From positions 1-64,000 of the forward strand of contig JAKSOL010000002.1 in assembly GCA_024405635.1 (NCBI GenBank): a stretch of DNA of 64,000 bases, written 5' to 3'. The position numbers and the translations under genes were made by a program. This document shows positions 56,361-64,000 of the stretch, piece by piece; within the stretch, counting starts at the first letter, position 1; the number at the start of each line of letters is the position of its first letter. The notes beneath the pieces are model-generated. The model worked only from the letters and a program-made list of their open reading frames with translations, did not search any database and was not told the origin of the DNA. Source of the DNA: Salinivirgaceae bacterium. GTDB lineage: Bacteria > Bacteroidota > Bacteroidia > Bacteroidales > SZUA-534.

Positions 56361-59072
56361 ATGTCAGACGAACTAAACGAACAACTTGACGAGAACCTAA
56401 ACGAGTTGGACTCATCGGCTTCGCAAGACGAGCAACCGCAACCAACCGAACATTACGACATGTTGCGAATTGATAGCATTTCGGGAATGTACAAAAACTG
56501 GTTTCTCGACTATGCATCGTACGTTATTCTTGAGCGTGCAGTGCCGTATCTTGAAGACGGTTTGAAACCCGTACAACGCCGTGTGCTTCACACAATGAAA
56601 AAACTTGACGATGGCAGGTTTAACAAAGTGGCAAACGTTGTTGGTGCTACCATGCAGTTTCACCCTCATGGCGATGCCGGTATTTATGACGCTCTTGTCG
56701 GTTTGGGCCAAAAAGAACTATTGATTGATACGCAAGGAAACTGGGGTAACATTTTTACTGGCGATGGCGCTGCAGCTGGACGTTACATCGAGGCTCGCTT
56801 GTCAAAGTTTGCACAAGATGTGGTGTTTAGTCCCAAAATAACCCAATGGCAATTGAGTTACGATGGTCGCAACCAAGAACCAGTGCGCTTGCCAATAAAA
56901 TTCCCATTGCTGTTGGCGCAAGGTGTTGAGGGCATTGCCGTTGGTTTGGCTTCAAAAATATTGCCGCACAACTTTATTGAACTTTGCGATGCCAGCATCA
57001 GTTGCCTCAAAAACGAACCTTTTGAACTTTATCCCGATTTTCCAACCGGAGGCTTGGTCGATGTGTCGCGATACAACGATGGCTTGCGCGGTGGGGCGGT
57101 TCGTGTTCGTGTTCGAATTGATAAATCGGCCGACAACAAAGTGCTAACCATTCATGATGTGCCTTACGGAAAAAGTTCGGGCGATTTGATTGAAACCATT
57201 TTGAAAGCCAACGACAAAGGCAAAATCAAAATAAAACACGTTGACGACAACACAGCTAGCGAGGTCGAGATTAAAATTTACCTACAAGCAGGCGTGTCGC
57301 CCGACAAAACCATTGATGCGCTTTATGCATTTACCGATTGCGAATTGTCAATATCGCCAAACGCTTGTGTGATTGAAAACGACAAACCTCGCTTTATGGG
57401 TGTGAGCGAAATGTTGCGCTTTTCAACCGCCCACACAATGGAACTGCTTAGGCAAGAGTTACTTGTGCGACTTGATGAGCTTGAAACCGATTGGAACTTC
57501 TCAAGTCTTGAGCGCATCTTTATCGAAGAACGCATTTATAAAGACAAAGAATACGAAAACGGCGAAAACTACGAAGTGGTTATTAAACACATTCGTAAAC
57601 GCCTTAAACCTTACGAGGAAAAATTTATTCGCCCTGTTACCGACGACGATATTCGCAAGTTGTTTGAGATTCGCATGCGCCGTATTCTTAAATTCTCATC
57701 AGATGAGGCCGATGCCCATTTGCGCGACTTGGAGGAAGAAATGGCCGAGGTTAAAAATCACCTTGAACATTTGGTTGACTATACTATCAATCACTTCCGC
57801 CAGATTAAAAAGAAATATGGAGCTGGCCGCGAGCGCAAAACCGAAATCCGCAACTTTGAGAATATTGAAGTTACAAAAGTTGCCGAGGCTAATGCTAAAC
57901 TATATGCCAACTTTGAAGAGGGTTTTATTGGCACGGGCTTGAAAAAAGACCAATATGTGTGCGACTGCTCCGACCTCGACGACATTATTGTGTTCCACCA
58001 AGACGGAAAATACTCGGTGGTTAAAGTATCGGAAAAACAGTTTGTGGGCAAAGATATTATTCACGTTGCTGTGTTCCGCAAAAACGACGAACGCACCATT
58101 TACAATGTGGTTTATCGCGACGGAAAAATTGGTAGCGCTTACATGAAACGTTTTTCGGTTACTGGCGTTACTCGCGAAAAAACCTACGATGTTACTCAAG
58201 GTCGTGAGGGTTCTAAAATATTGTATTTCAGTGCAAACCCTAACGGCGAGGCCGAAACAATAAAGGTTTATTTAAAACCAAAACCAGGACTGAAAAAACT
58301 GGTTTACGAACTCGATTTTAGCACCTTGCTCATCAAAGGTCGCCAAAGCCAAGGCAACGTACTTGCTCGCAACCAAGTGCATCGCATTGTGATGAAAGAA
58401 GCTGGAGTATCAACTTTGGGAGGACTAAAAATCTGGTTCGACGATGTTGTTAATCGCCTTAACACTAGTGAGCACGGCCGCTACTTGGGCGAGTTTAAGG
58501 GCAACGACAAAATTCTTGTCATCACCACCGATGGCAACTATCAACTCACGTCGTTCGATCTTACAAACCACTATCCCGAAAACGTGTTGCGCATCGAAAA
58601 ATATGTTCCTCACACCATATACAGCGCTGTGTTCTATTACGATACCGTTAACGACAAAAAAGAAAAACAACGCATGTATTACCTCAAACGCTTTGAGGTT
58701 GAAGACACTAACAAGGTTGTAAACTTTATGCTCGACGACGAACAATGCACTTTGGTTCTTGTAAGCACACACACCTATCCGCAATTGCAGATTAACTTTG
58801 GTGGCAAACACAAAGACCGCCCTGCCGAAATGGTTGATGTGTCCGAATTTATTGCAGTTAAGGGCGTGAAAGCTAAAGGAAAACGACTCACAACCTTTGA
58901 GGTAAAGAGCATTGTTGAGGTTGACCCAATTAAAGACGATGAACCTATTTTGCCCGATGACCCAACTTCCGACCCCGAAGACGATGGCGGCGAAGGTCCC
59001 GATTTACCCGATGGTAGCGACATTCCGATAGTGTTGCCAAACGGTCCCGGCGAGCAAATGAGTTTATTCTAA
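56361..59072 (+). CDS. parC: DNA topoisomerase IV subunit A (Bacteroidota type)
   Basis: FLDYASYVILERAVP, DGLKPVQRR, HPHGD, catalytic AAGRYIEARL, PDFPTGG; follows parE. Confidence 0.9.
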   Translation: MSDELNEQLDENLNELDSSASQDEQPQPTEHYDMLRIDSISGMYKNWFLDYASYVILERAVPYLEDGLKPVQRRVLHTMKKLDDGRFNKVANVVGATMQFHPHGDAGIYDALVGLGQKELLIDTQGNWGNIFTGDGAAAGRYIEARLSKFAQDVVFSPKITQWQLSYDGRNQEPVRLPIKFPLLLAQGVEGIAVGLASKILPHNFIELCDASISCLKNEPFELYPDFPTGGLVDVSRYNDGLRGGAVRVRVRIDKSADNKVLTIHDVPYGKSSGDLIETILKANDKGKIKIKHVDDNTASEVEIKIYLQAGVSPDKTIDALYAFTDCELSISPNACVIENDKPRFMGVSEMLRFSTAHTMELLRQELLVRLDELETDWNFSSLERIFIEERIYKDKEYENGENYEVVIKHIRKRLKPYEEKFIRPVTDDDIRKLFEIRMRRILKFSSDEADAHLRDLEEEMAEVKNHLEHLVDYTINHFRQIKKKYGAGRERKTEIRNFENIEVTKVAEANAKLYANFEEGFIGTGLKKDQYVCDCSDLDDIIVFHQDGKYSVVKVSEKQFVGKDIIHVAVFRKNDERTIYNVVYRDGKIGSAYMKRFSVTGVTREKTYDVTQGREGSKILYFSANPNGEAETIKVYLKPKPGLKKLVYELDFSTLLIKGRQSQGNVLARNQVHRIVMKEAGVSTLGGLKIWFDDVVNRLNTSEHGRYLGEFKGNDKILVITTDGNYQLTSFDLTNHYPENVLRIEKYVPHTIYSAVFYYDTVNDKKEKQRMYYLKRFEVEDTNKVVNFMLDDEQCTLVLVSTHTYPQLQINFGGKHKDRPAEMVDVSEFIAVKGVKAKGKRLTTFEVKSIVEVDPIKDDEPILPDDPTSDPEDDGGEGPDLPDGSDIPIVLPNGPGEQMSLF

Positions 59073-59096
59073 ACGCCGAATAGTTTTAATACTAAC

Positions 59097-59143
59097 AAAG
59101 CCGCAGTTTGCGCCAAAAGTGCACTCTGCGGCTTTCTTTTTTT
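59097..59143 (+). terminator. Rho-independent terminator after parC
   Basis: AAAGCCGCAG...CTGCGGCTTT stem followed by a T-tract. Confidence 0.8.
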
Positions 59144-59223
59144 TGATTATAGAGCAAAAGAACAACGGACTATTGGGGTACATTTTTTTTTATTGGACAG
59201 CAATAATTAGAAGTGCAAAAAAC

Positions 59224-59254
59224 AAAAAAGCGCCAGAGTGAAAACTCTGGCGCT
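59224..59254 (-). terminator. Rho-independent terminator for the minus-strand transporter
   Basis: Perfect AGCGCCAGAGT-GAAA-ACTCTGGCGCT with an A-tract on its left (U-tract on the minus strand). Confidence 0.85.
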
Positions 59255-59284
59255 ACTCAAAAACAAACAATTATAAATTCGTTT

Positions 59285-60964
59285 TTACGCGAAAATCAGA
59301 ATCAAAAGTTGAGCGCACAAAACGCGCATAAACATTGCCAACGGATAAACAGTTGCGTAACCAACAGCGGTAAGGTCGGTGTCGGTTTGTTGGTTGGCAA
59401 ATGCAAGTGCAGGAGGGTTGGTCGATGATCCCGACATAACACCAAGCAAAGTTAAAAAGTTAACTTTAAGCAACTTGTAGCCTACAATGCCAGCAATTAG
59501 CAAAGGAATAATGGTGATGGCAGCACCGTATCCAACCCACATGTAACCGCCATTAATAATGGTTGGTACAAAGGTTTCGCCAGCGCCCAAACCTACGCCA
59601 GCCATAAACAACGAAATGCCAATCTCGCGCAACATTAGGTTTGCACTTATTGTGGTGTAGGTTACCAATTTGTATTTAGGTCCGTAGCAGCCAATCAAAA
59701 TGGCAACAATAAGCGGACCTCCAGCCAAACCAAGTTTCACAGGTTGAGGAACGCCAGGCAAGTTGAACGAAATGCTGCCTAACAACACACCAAGAGCAAT
59801 GCCCACAAAAATTGGAATAAGATTTGGGTGGTCAAGACGTTTTGGCGAGTTGCCAAACAAACGCTCGGCTTGTGCAACGTCAATCTCAGAGCCCACAACG
59901 GTAACTCGGTCGCCCATTTGCAATTTTACGTTGCCCGATGCAACAAAGTCAATACCTGCGCGGTTGATGCGTGTAATGGTAACGTTGCAAGTGTTGCGAA
60001 TATGCAAACTCGACAGCTGGCGGCCATTTAACTCCGATTTGGTAATAATAAGTCGGCGCGAAATCATGTTGCCCGATGTAGCGTACCAATCCATTTGGGT
60101 TTCGTTGCCAAGCATAGTAACAAGTGCAGTAACATCTTTAGGCGATGCCACTATGTTTACAATGTCGCCAACATGCAAAATGGTTTCGGCATTCACCATC
60201 TCTTGGTCGTTAGAGCCTTTATGTTTGATGCGCGAAATGACGAATGGTTGTGTGGCAATTTTATGGAATTCGCCAACGCTGAAACCGTCAACAGCAACGT
60301 TGTTCACTTCAACCGAAACGTGGCGAGTTGCTGTATCTTTTTCGTTGTCGTCGCCCTTGCCTTTTTTCTCTTCTTGGGCAATGTTAATCTTCAAAAGTGG
60401 TTTTAAAAGCATCATAACCAAAATGGCACCAATAACGCCAAGAGGGTAGGCAACTGCGTAACCGCTTGCAATTTCGGGAGCGTTTGCGCCGTTGTTAATG
60501 TCGCTAAATGCTTGTTGTGCAGCTCCCAAACCAGGAGTGTTGGTTACAGCTCCCGACATAACGCCAACCATTGTGGTGATTGATGTTCCGGTTATTAAAT
60601 GAATGGCCACTGTGGTTGCAACGCCTAGTAGTACAATAAGCACAGCCAACCCGTTTAGTGTGGCACCGCCTTTTTTAAACGACGAAAAGAATCCGGGGCC
60701 AACTTGCAAACCAATTGAGAATACAAATAGAATTAAGCCCAACTCTTTTACAAAGTGAAGCAGTTCGGGGTGCATAGTAATACCAAAGTGGCTCGATGCA
60801 ATACCAACAAACAAAATGCCAGTTACACCTAACGATACGCCTTTTACGGTTATCTTGCCCAACATTATGCCCAACGCTATAACAAGCGCTAACACCATAA
60901 TTGAGTGAGCCACACCGCCGCCCCAATGGGCATTTCCAAACAGAAGAGTGTGAATTAAATCCAT
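59285..60964 (-). CDS. YidE/YbjL/AspT-family transporter with two TrkA-C domains
   Basis: LGVTGILFVG, IGLQVGPGFF, GAVTNTPGLGAA, LGLAGGPLIVA, TNPPALA, YATVYP. Confidence 0.92.
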   Translation of the reverse strand: MDLIHTLLFGNAHWGGGVAHSIMVLALVIALGIMLGKITVKGVSLGVTGILFVGIASSHFGITMHPELLHFVKELGLILFVFSIGLQVGPGFFSSFKKGGATLNGLAVLIVLLGVATTVAIHLITGTSITTMVGVMSGAVTNTPGLGAAQQAFSDINNGANAPEIASGYAVAYPLGVIGAILVMMLLKPLLKINIAQEEKKGKGDDNEKDTATRHVSVEVNNVAVDGFSVGEFHKIATQPFVISRIKHKGSNDQEMVNAETILHVGDIVNIVASPKDVTALVTMLGNETQMDWYATSGNMISRRLIITKSELNGRQLSSLHIRNTCNVTITRINRAGIDFVASGNVKLQMGDRVTVVGSEIDVAQAERLFGNSPKRLDHPNLIPIFVGIALGVLLGSISFNLPGVPQPVKLGLAGGPLIVAILIGCYGPKYKLVTYTTISANLMLREIGISLFMAGVGLGAGETFVPTIINGGYMWVGYGAAITIIPLLIAGIVGYKLLKVNFLTLLGVMSGSSTNPPALAFANQQTDTDLTAVGYATVYPLAMFMRVLCAQLLILIFA

Positions 60965-61005
60965 ATTTATTAGTTAGTTTTAAATGATTCGTAATTTGCA
61001 GTTGG

Positions 61006-62154
61006 TCAATCTTTTAGTTCGCGTAGATTGACAATTTCAACGTCTTTGTAGTAAAAATGAATAATGTCTAAGTACGACAATTTGCGTCGAGCCATTTCCA
61101 TTGCTCCCTCTTGCGACAATCCAACTCCGTGCCCGTAGCCATAACCAGTGAATTTTAGCACATTACCCTCGGCTTTAATGCTGAACCATGCCGAGCGGAA
61201 TTTAAAATCCTCGCGAATTTTGCGGGTCATAATGCTGTCGTTTCCGTAGTAATAATATTTGCTACGTTTTGCACCATCGTAGTTCAAACGGCTAGGAAAA
61301 GTGCGAGCGTTGGTTGCGTTTATGCCGTTGGCAATCAGGTAATTAACCCAACGATTAACCGATACAGTGTCGTGCCAAACGCTTTGGCGTTGTTTAAGGC
61401 TGAAACTATCGACTACCGAGCGCAAATAGGGTAAAGCCGATAGCCATACATCTTCAGAGTTTGCTGTTTGACCTCCCGAGTTTGAGTGAAACACCGCGTT
61501 GATTGGACGTCGGGTTGAGTCAACAATAATCAAGTCGGTGGTTTGGTTAACTGCCTGACGGATAAGGCTATTGCGATAGCTGCGGTTGAGGTAAACTTGG
61601 TGATTTACGTTGTCAACAAGTAGGTATTTGTCTTTTCCCTCGCGGCCAATCATTTCGTAAAGGTAGGTTCGGCTAATAATGGCTTGGGTTTTGTAATACT
61701 CGTACGGAGCTTTTATTCCCGATTCGCTTTCAACTACGCCCGCTAAATAGTCGTTCACGCCAACGTAGTTTATCAGTTTTAGGCAACCATTGGCAACTGT
61801 AACTTTAAGACTGCCGTCGTAGGTTCTGGCTTTTTGGGCAGGTACTGCAGGTTCAGCTTTAAAGATGCTTTTTCGTCCCGAAGCTGAAAGATAAAGCTCC
61901 TCAAATATGCCAAGATGCTCGTCTTGATCCCACACGCTTATTTTTTTGCCAACAACGGTAAAGTAAATGATTGAGTTTTTCTTTAAACGTTGCAATACGC
62001 GAGTGTCGGCCGAAAGGCTGTATTTGCCCTCTTCGGTTGAAAAAACAAGAGTTTTGATTTTGCTTTGGCTGAATATGTTAACCCTAACTTGCTCGGCACG
62101 CGCAACTATTGCGGTAGCAACAAGAATCAGTAGCAAGGCAAGTTTCGGTTTCAT
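61006..62154 (-). CDS. SpoIID/LytB-domain peptidoglycan lytic transglycosylase-like protein
   Basis: YLAGVVESE, QAIISRTY, FHSNSGGQT, PYLRSVVD, GYGHGVGLSQEGA; signal peptide; start moved to ATG 62154. Confidence 0.9.
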   Translation of the reverse strand: MKPKLALLLILVATAIVARAEQVRVNIFSQSKIKTLVFSTEEGKYSLSADTRVLQRLKKNSIIYFTVVGKKISVWDQDEHLGIFEELYLSASGRKSIFKAEPAVPAQKARTYDGSLKVTVANGCLKLINYVGVNDYLAGVVESESGIKAPYEYYKTQAIISRTYLYEMIGREGKDKYLLVDNVNHQVYLNRSYRNSLIRQAVNQTTDLIIVDSTRRPINAVFHSNSGGQTANSEDVWLSALPYLRSVVDSFSLKQRQSVWHDTVSVNRWVNYLIANGINATNARTFPSRLNYDGAKRSKYYYYGNDSIMTRKIREDFKFRSAWFSIKAEGNVLKFTGYGYGHGVGLSQEGAMEMARRKLSYLDIIHFYYKDVEIVNLRELKD

Positions 62155-62172
62155 AATTGCGTGCAAAGGTAG

Positions 62173-63291
62173 TTATTTGTGTGTAAATTGTATTACTGCG
62201 CGTGCTGCTTGTTGCGATGCTCCGGGTTTACCCATAATTTGTTGAAGATGAGCGTAATCGGCTATCATTTTTTTGCGTTCGGGAGTGTCGTTTAGTATTT
62301 TTTGTAGGCCGTTGGCAATGTCTTTTTGCGTAAAGTTTACTTGCACTAGTTCGGGAACTGCTTCGTAGCCAATAATAAGGTTTACCAACGATATCCATTT
62401 TACGTGTATCAGTTTACGTCCTAATCGGTACAAAAAGTTTGGCAACAAGGTTGAGTAGCATACTAGTTGTGGAACGCCGAATAGTGCGGTTTCGAGTGTT
62501 GCAGTTCCGCTTGTAACTAGCGCAGCATGAGCGTTTTGCAGCAGTTGGTAGGTTTGCCCAAATACTATTTTGGTGCCAGTTGGAACATATTGGTTATAAA
62601 AGTTTGGTTCAATTCCTGGTGCTCCAGCTACCACAATTTGGTAATTGGTTAAATTTTTAGTTGCCTCAATCATTGGTGGCAACATCATTGAAATTTCTTG
62701 TTTGCGGCTGCCTGCCAAAAGTGCAACAATTGGCGCATCGCTAAGTGCGTTGTTGGCGCGAAAATCGGCTTTAGGTTCGTTTCTAAAATTGGCAATGGCA
62801 TCGTTCAGTGGATTGCCAACGTATTCAACTTCGTAGTCAAATTGTTTGTAAAATTCAGTTTCGAATGGCAAAATGGTGAGCATCTTGTCAATGTACTTTT
62901 TGATTTTGTAAACCCGATTTTGTTTCCATGCCCATATTTTGGGCGAGATGTAGAAAATGGTTTTCAGGCCTTTGCTTTTGGCAAATTTGGCAATGCGAAG
63001 ATTAAAACCTGCAAAGTCAATTAGTATAACGGCATCGGGTTTAAAGTTTATAATGTCGGAGCAGCAAAGTCGCATGTTGCGGCTAATAACGCGCAAGTTC
63101 ATCATTACTTTAATCCAACCCATAAAGGCCATTTGGCTATAGTGTTTTACCAACGTGCCGCCTTGCGCAGCCATTAGGTCGCCGCCAAAAAAACGGAATT
63201 CGGCTTCGGGGTCTTGAGCCTTTATTTCGTGCATTAGGTTCGACCCGTGCAAATCGCCGCTTGCCTCACCAGCTATTAGGTAGTATTTCAT
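62173..63291 (-). CDS. lpxB: Lipid-A-disaccharide synthase
   Basis: IAGEASGDLHG, YISPKIWAW, ILPFE, VGNPL, GSRKQE, SGTATLE. Confidence 0.97.
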   Translation of the reverse strand: MKYYLIAGEASGDLHGSNLMHEIKAQDPEAEFRFFGGDLMAAQGGTLVKHYSQMAFMGWIKVMMNLRVISRNMRLCCSDIINFKPDAVILIDFAGFNLRIAKFAKSKGLKTIFYISPKIWAWKQNRVYKIKKYIDKMLTILPFETEFYKQFDYEVEYVGNPLNDAIANFRNEPKADFRANNALSDAPIVALLAGSRKQEISMMLPPMIEATKNLTNYQIVVAGAPGIEPNFYNQYVPTGTKIVFGQTYQLLQNAHAALVTSGTATLETALFGVPQLVCYSTLLPNFLYRLGRKLIHVKWISLVNLIIGYEAVPELVQVNFTQKDIANGLQKILNDTPERKKMIADYAHLQQIMGKPGASQQAARAVIQFTHK

Positions 63292-63303
63292 GGTTTAAAT
63301 TGT

Positions 63304-63594
63304 TTATACACAATACAATAGCAGTACCACTACACCGTAGCATATAGTAATGCCAAGCAACCCTTTTGCCAAATCGTCGTAGTTTTTGTTTACAAGCAAA
63401 AAGAACAATGCAGCATTAGGCATTAAACTGAAACTCAATATTTTAAACATTAGTGCCGACATTAGTTTGTATGCCTTAAAACAATCGATAACCGAAATAT
63501 TTCGGCCTAGACTAGTGTAATAAAAGTAGCCGGCAGCGCAAATTATTGGCAGCACAATGCCTATAATCATTCCTATGAGCGTTTGCTTTTTCAT
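63304..63594 (-). CDS. Small hypothetical membrane protein (3 TM)
   Basis: 96-aa hydrophobic ORF, ATGA-coupled to surE and 12 nt upstream of lpxB. Confidence 0.7.
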   Translation of the reverse strand: MKKQTLIGMIIGIVLPIICAAGYFYYTSLGRNISVIDCFKAYKLMSALMFKILSFSLMPNAALFFLLVNKNYDDLAKGLLGITICYGVVVLLLYCV

Positions 63595-64000
63595 TTCAAA
63601 TTGTTTGACAGTTCGGCCATTTGGTCAAATGCAGTAATGTTTATTATGGTTGGCACAACCGATGCAAAACCATTTTGTAGAGCCCACTCATCGGTGTCGG
63701 TTTGTCCCTCGTCGTGGTTTACAAAGTTTCCGGTGAGCCAGTAGTATTTTTGTTGGTAGGGTGTAAGCCTCTCGTCAAACGCACCGTGCCAGTAACCGTT
63801 GGCTTGGCGGCAAACCTTAATTCCTTTAAAATCTTGCTCCTTTACGTCAGGAAAATTTACGTTAAGGCATATAGGTTTGCCCAAGTAGTTTTTAATAACA
63901 CAGTTTAAAATGGTTTGTGTGTGTTTGGTAACTACACTAAAATCGGCATCGGCATCAAAACTGCAAAGCGACACTCCAATTGAAGGAATGCCATTCATTG
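63591..64000 (-). CDS. surE: 5'/3'-nucleotidase SurE (C-terminal part; 5' end outside the window)
   Basis: GIPSIGVSL, LNVNFP, YYWLTG, TDEWAL..GFASVVP. Confidence 0.9.
   Translation of the reverse strand, partial: MNGIPSIGVSLCSFDADADFSVVTKHTQTILNCVIKNYLGKPICLNVNFPDVKEQDFKGIKVCRQANGYWHGAFDERLTPYQQKYYWLTGNFVNHDEGQTDTDEWALQNGFASVVPTIINITAFDQMAELSNNLK

Noticed and set aside
56333-56405. Short repeats CGAATAAC x2 and imperfect GACGA..CTAAACGA x2 around the parC start
   Set aside because: Too short and low-complexity; consistent with local slippage in a disordered N-terminus
54394-59072. gyrB-gyrA
   Set aside because: No GyrA-box was seen, and the motifs (FLDYASYVILERAVP, LRGKPLN) fit the Bacteroidota topoisomerase IV type
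52419-60964. asnA plus the AspT-like transporter as an aspartate module
   Set aside because: They are separated by unrelated genes and terminators, and no aspD decarboxylase is present
917-63908. Numerous short antisense or alternate-frame ORFs in the ORF track (e.g. 2060-2647, 10333-10917, 24118-24606, 59763-60449)
   Set aside because: They lie wholly or mostly within well-supported genes and have no recognisable motifs; treated as shadow ORFs
1-64000. CRISPR arrays, IS elements, integrases, prophage, tRNA and rRNA
   Set aside because: No repeat-spacer periodicity, transposase or integrase ORF, or tRNA/rRNA signature was seen by eye

Overview
A 64-kb, mostly housekeeping chromosomal segment of a Bacteroidales-type (Bacteroidota) bacterium. 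The assignment is inferred from recurrent TAnnTTTG promoter boxes, A-rich leaders without Shine-Dalgarno sequences, signal peptides followed by Gln, and type IX secretion (T9SS)-associated genes. In order, it holds rplM-rpsI-rpsB-tsf with two structured leaders; three tandem DUF6089/PorG-like barrels followed by uppS-bamA-skp-skp-murI; a patatin and an adenylation-ACP-acyltransferase fusion; a GT4; a YfiR-like protein with an unusual TonB-dependent receptor; two MATE pumps; and two TPR/PD40 proteins. Next come an ABC-2 pair, ppx, a sigma-54-type regulator, comEC, a GT2, a stand-alone LRR protein, DUF3820, porX, SRP RNA, a YgjP-like gene, pepT and DUF3667. The last part has divergent pbpC and alpha-2-macroglobulin, an M13 peptidase, MORN-repeat and PapD-like genes, asnA, a double DUF4491, parE-parC, a YidE/AspT transporter, a SpoIID-like gene, lpxB and a partial surE. 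No mobile element, CRISPR array, tRNA or rRNA was seen. The best candidates for undescribed biology are (i) the YfiR + TonB-dependent receptor module, which lacks an output partner and has an ECF-like promoter, (ii) a C-terminal beta-clamp-binding-like motif (QMSLF) on ParC, and (iii) a patatin plus A-ACP-acyltransferase lipid-remodelling pair. All family calls come from motif recognition by eye; no database search was run.
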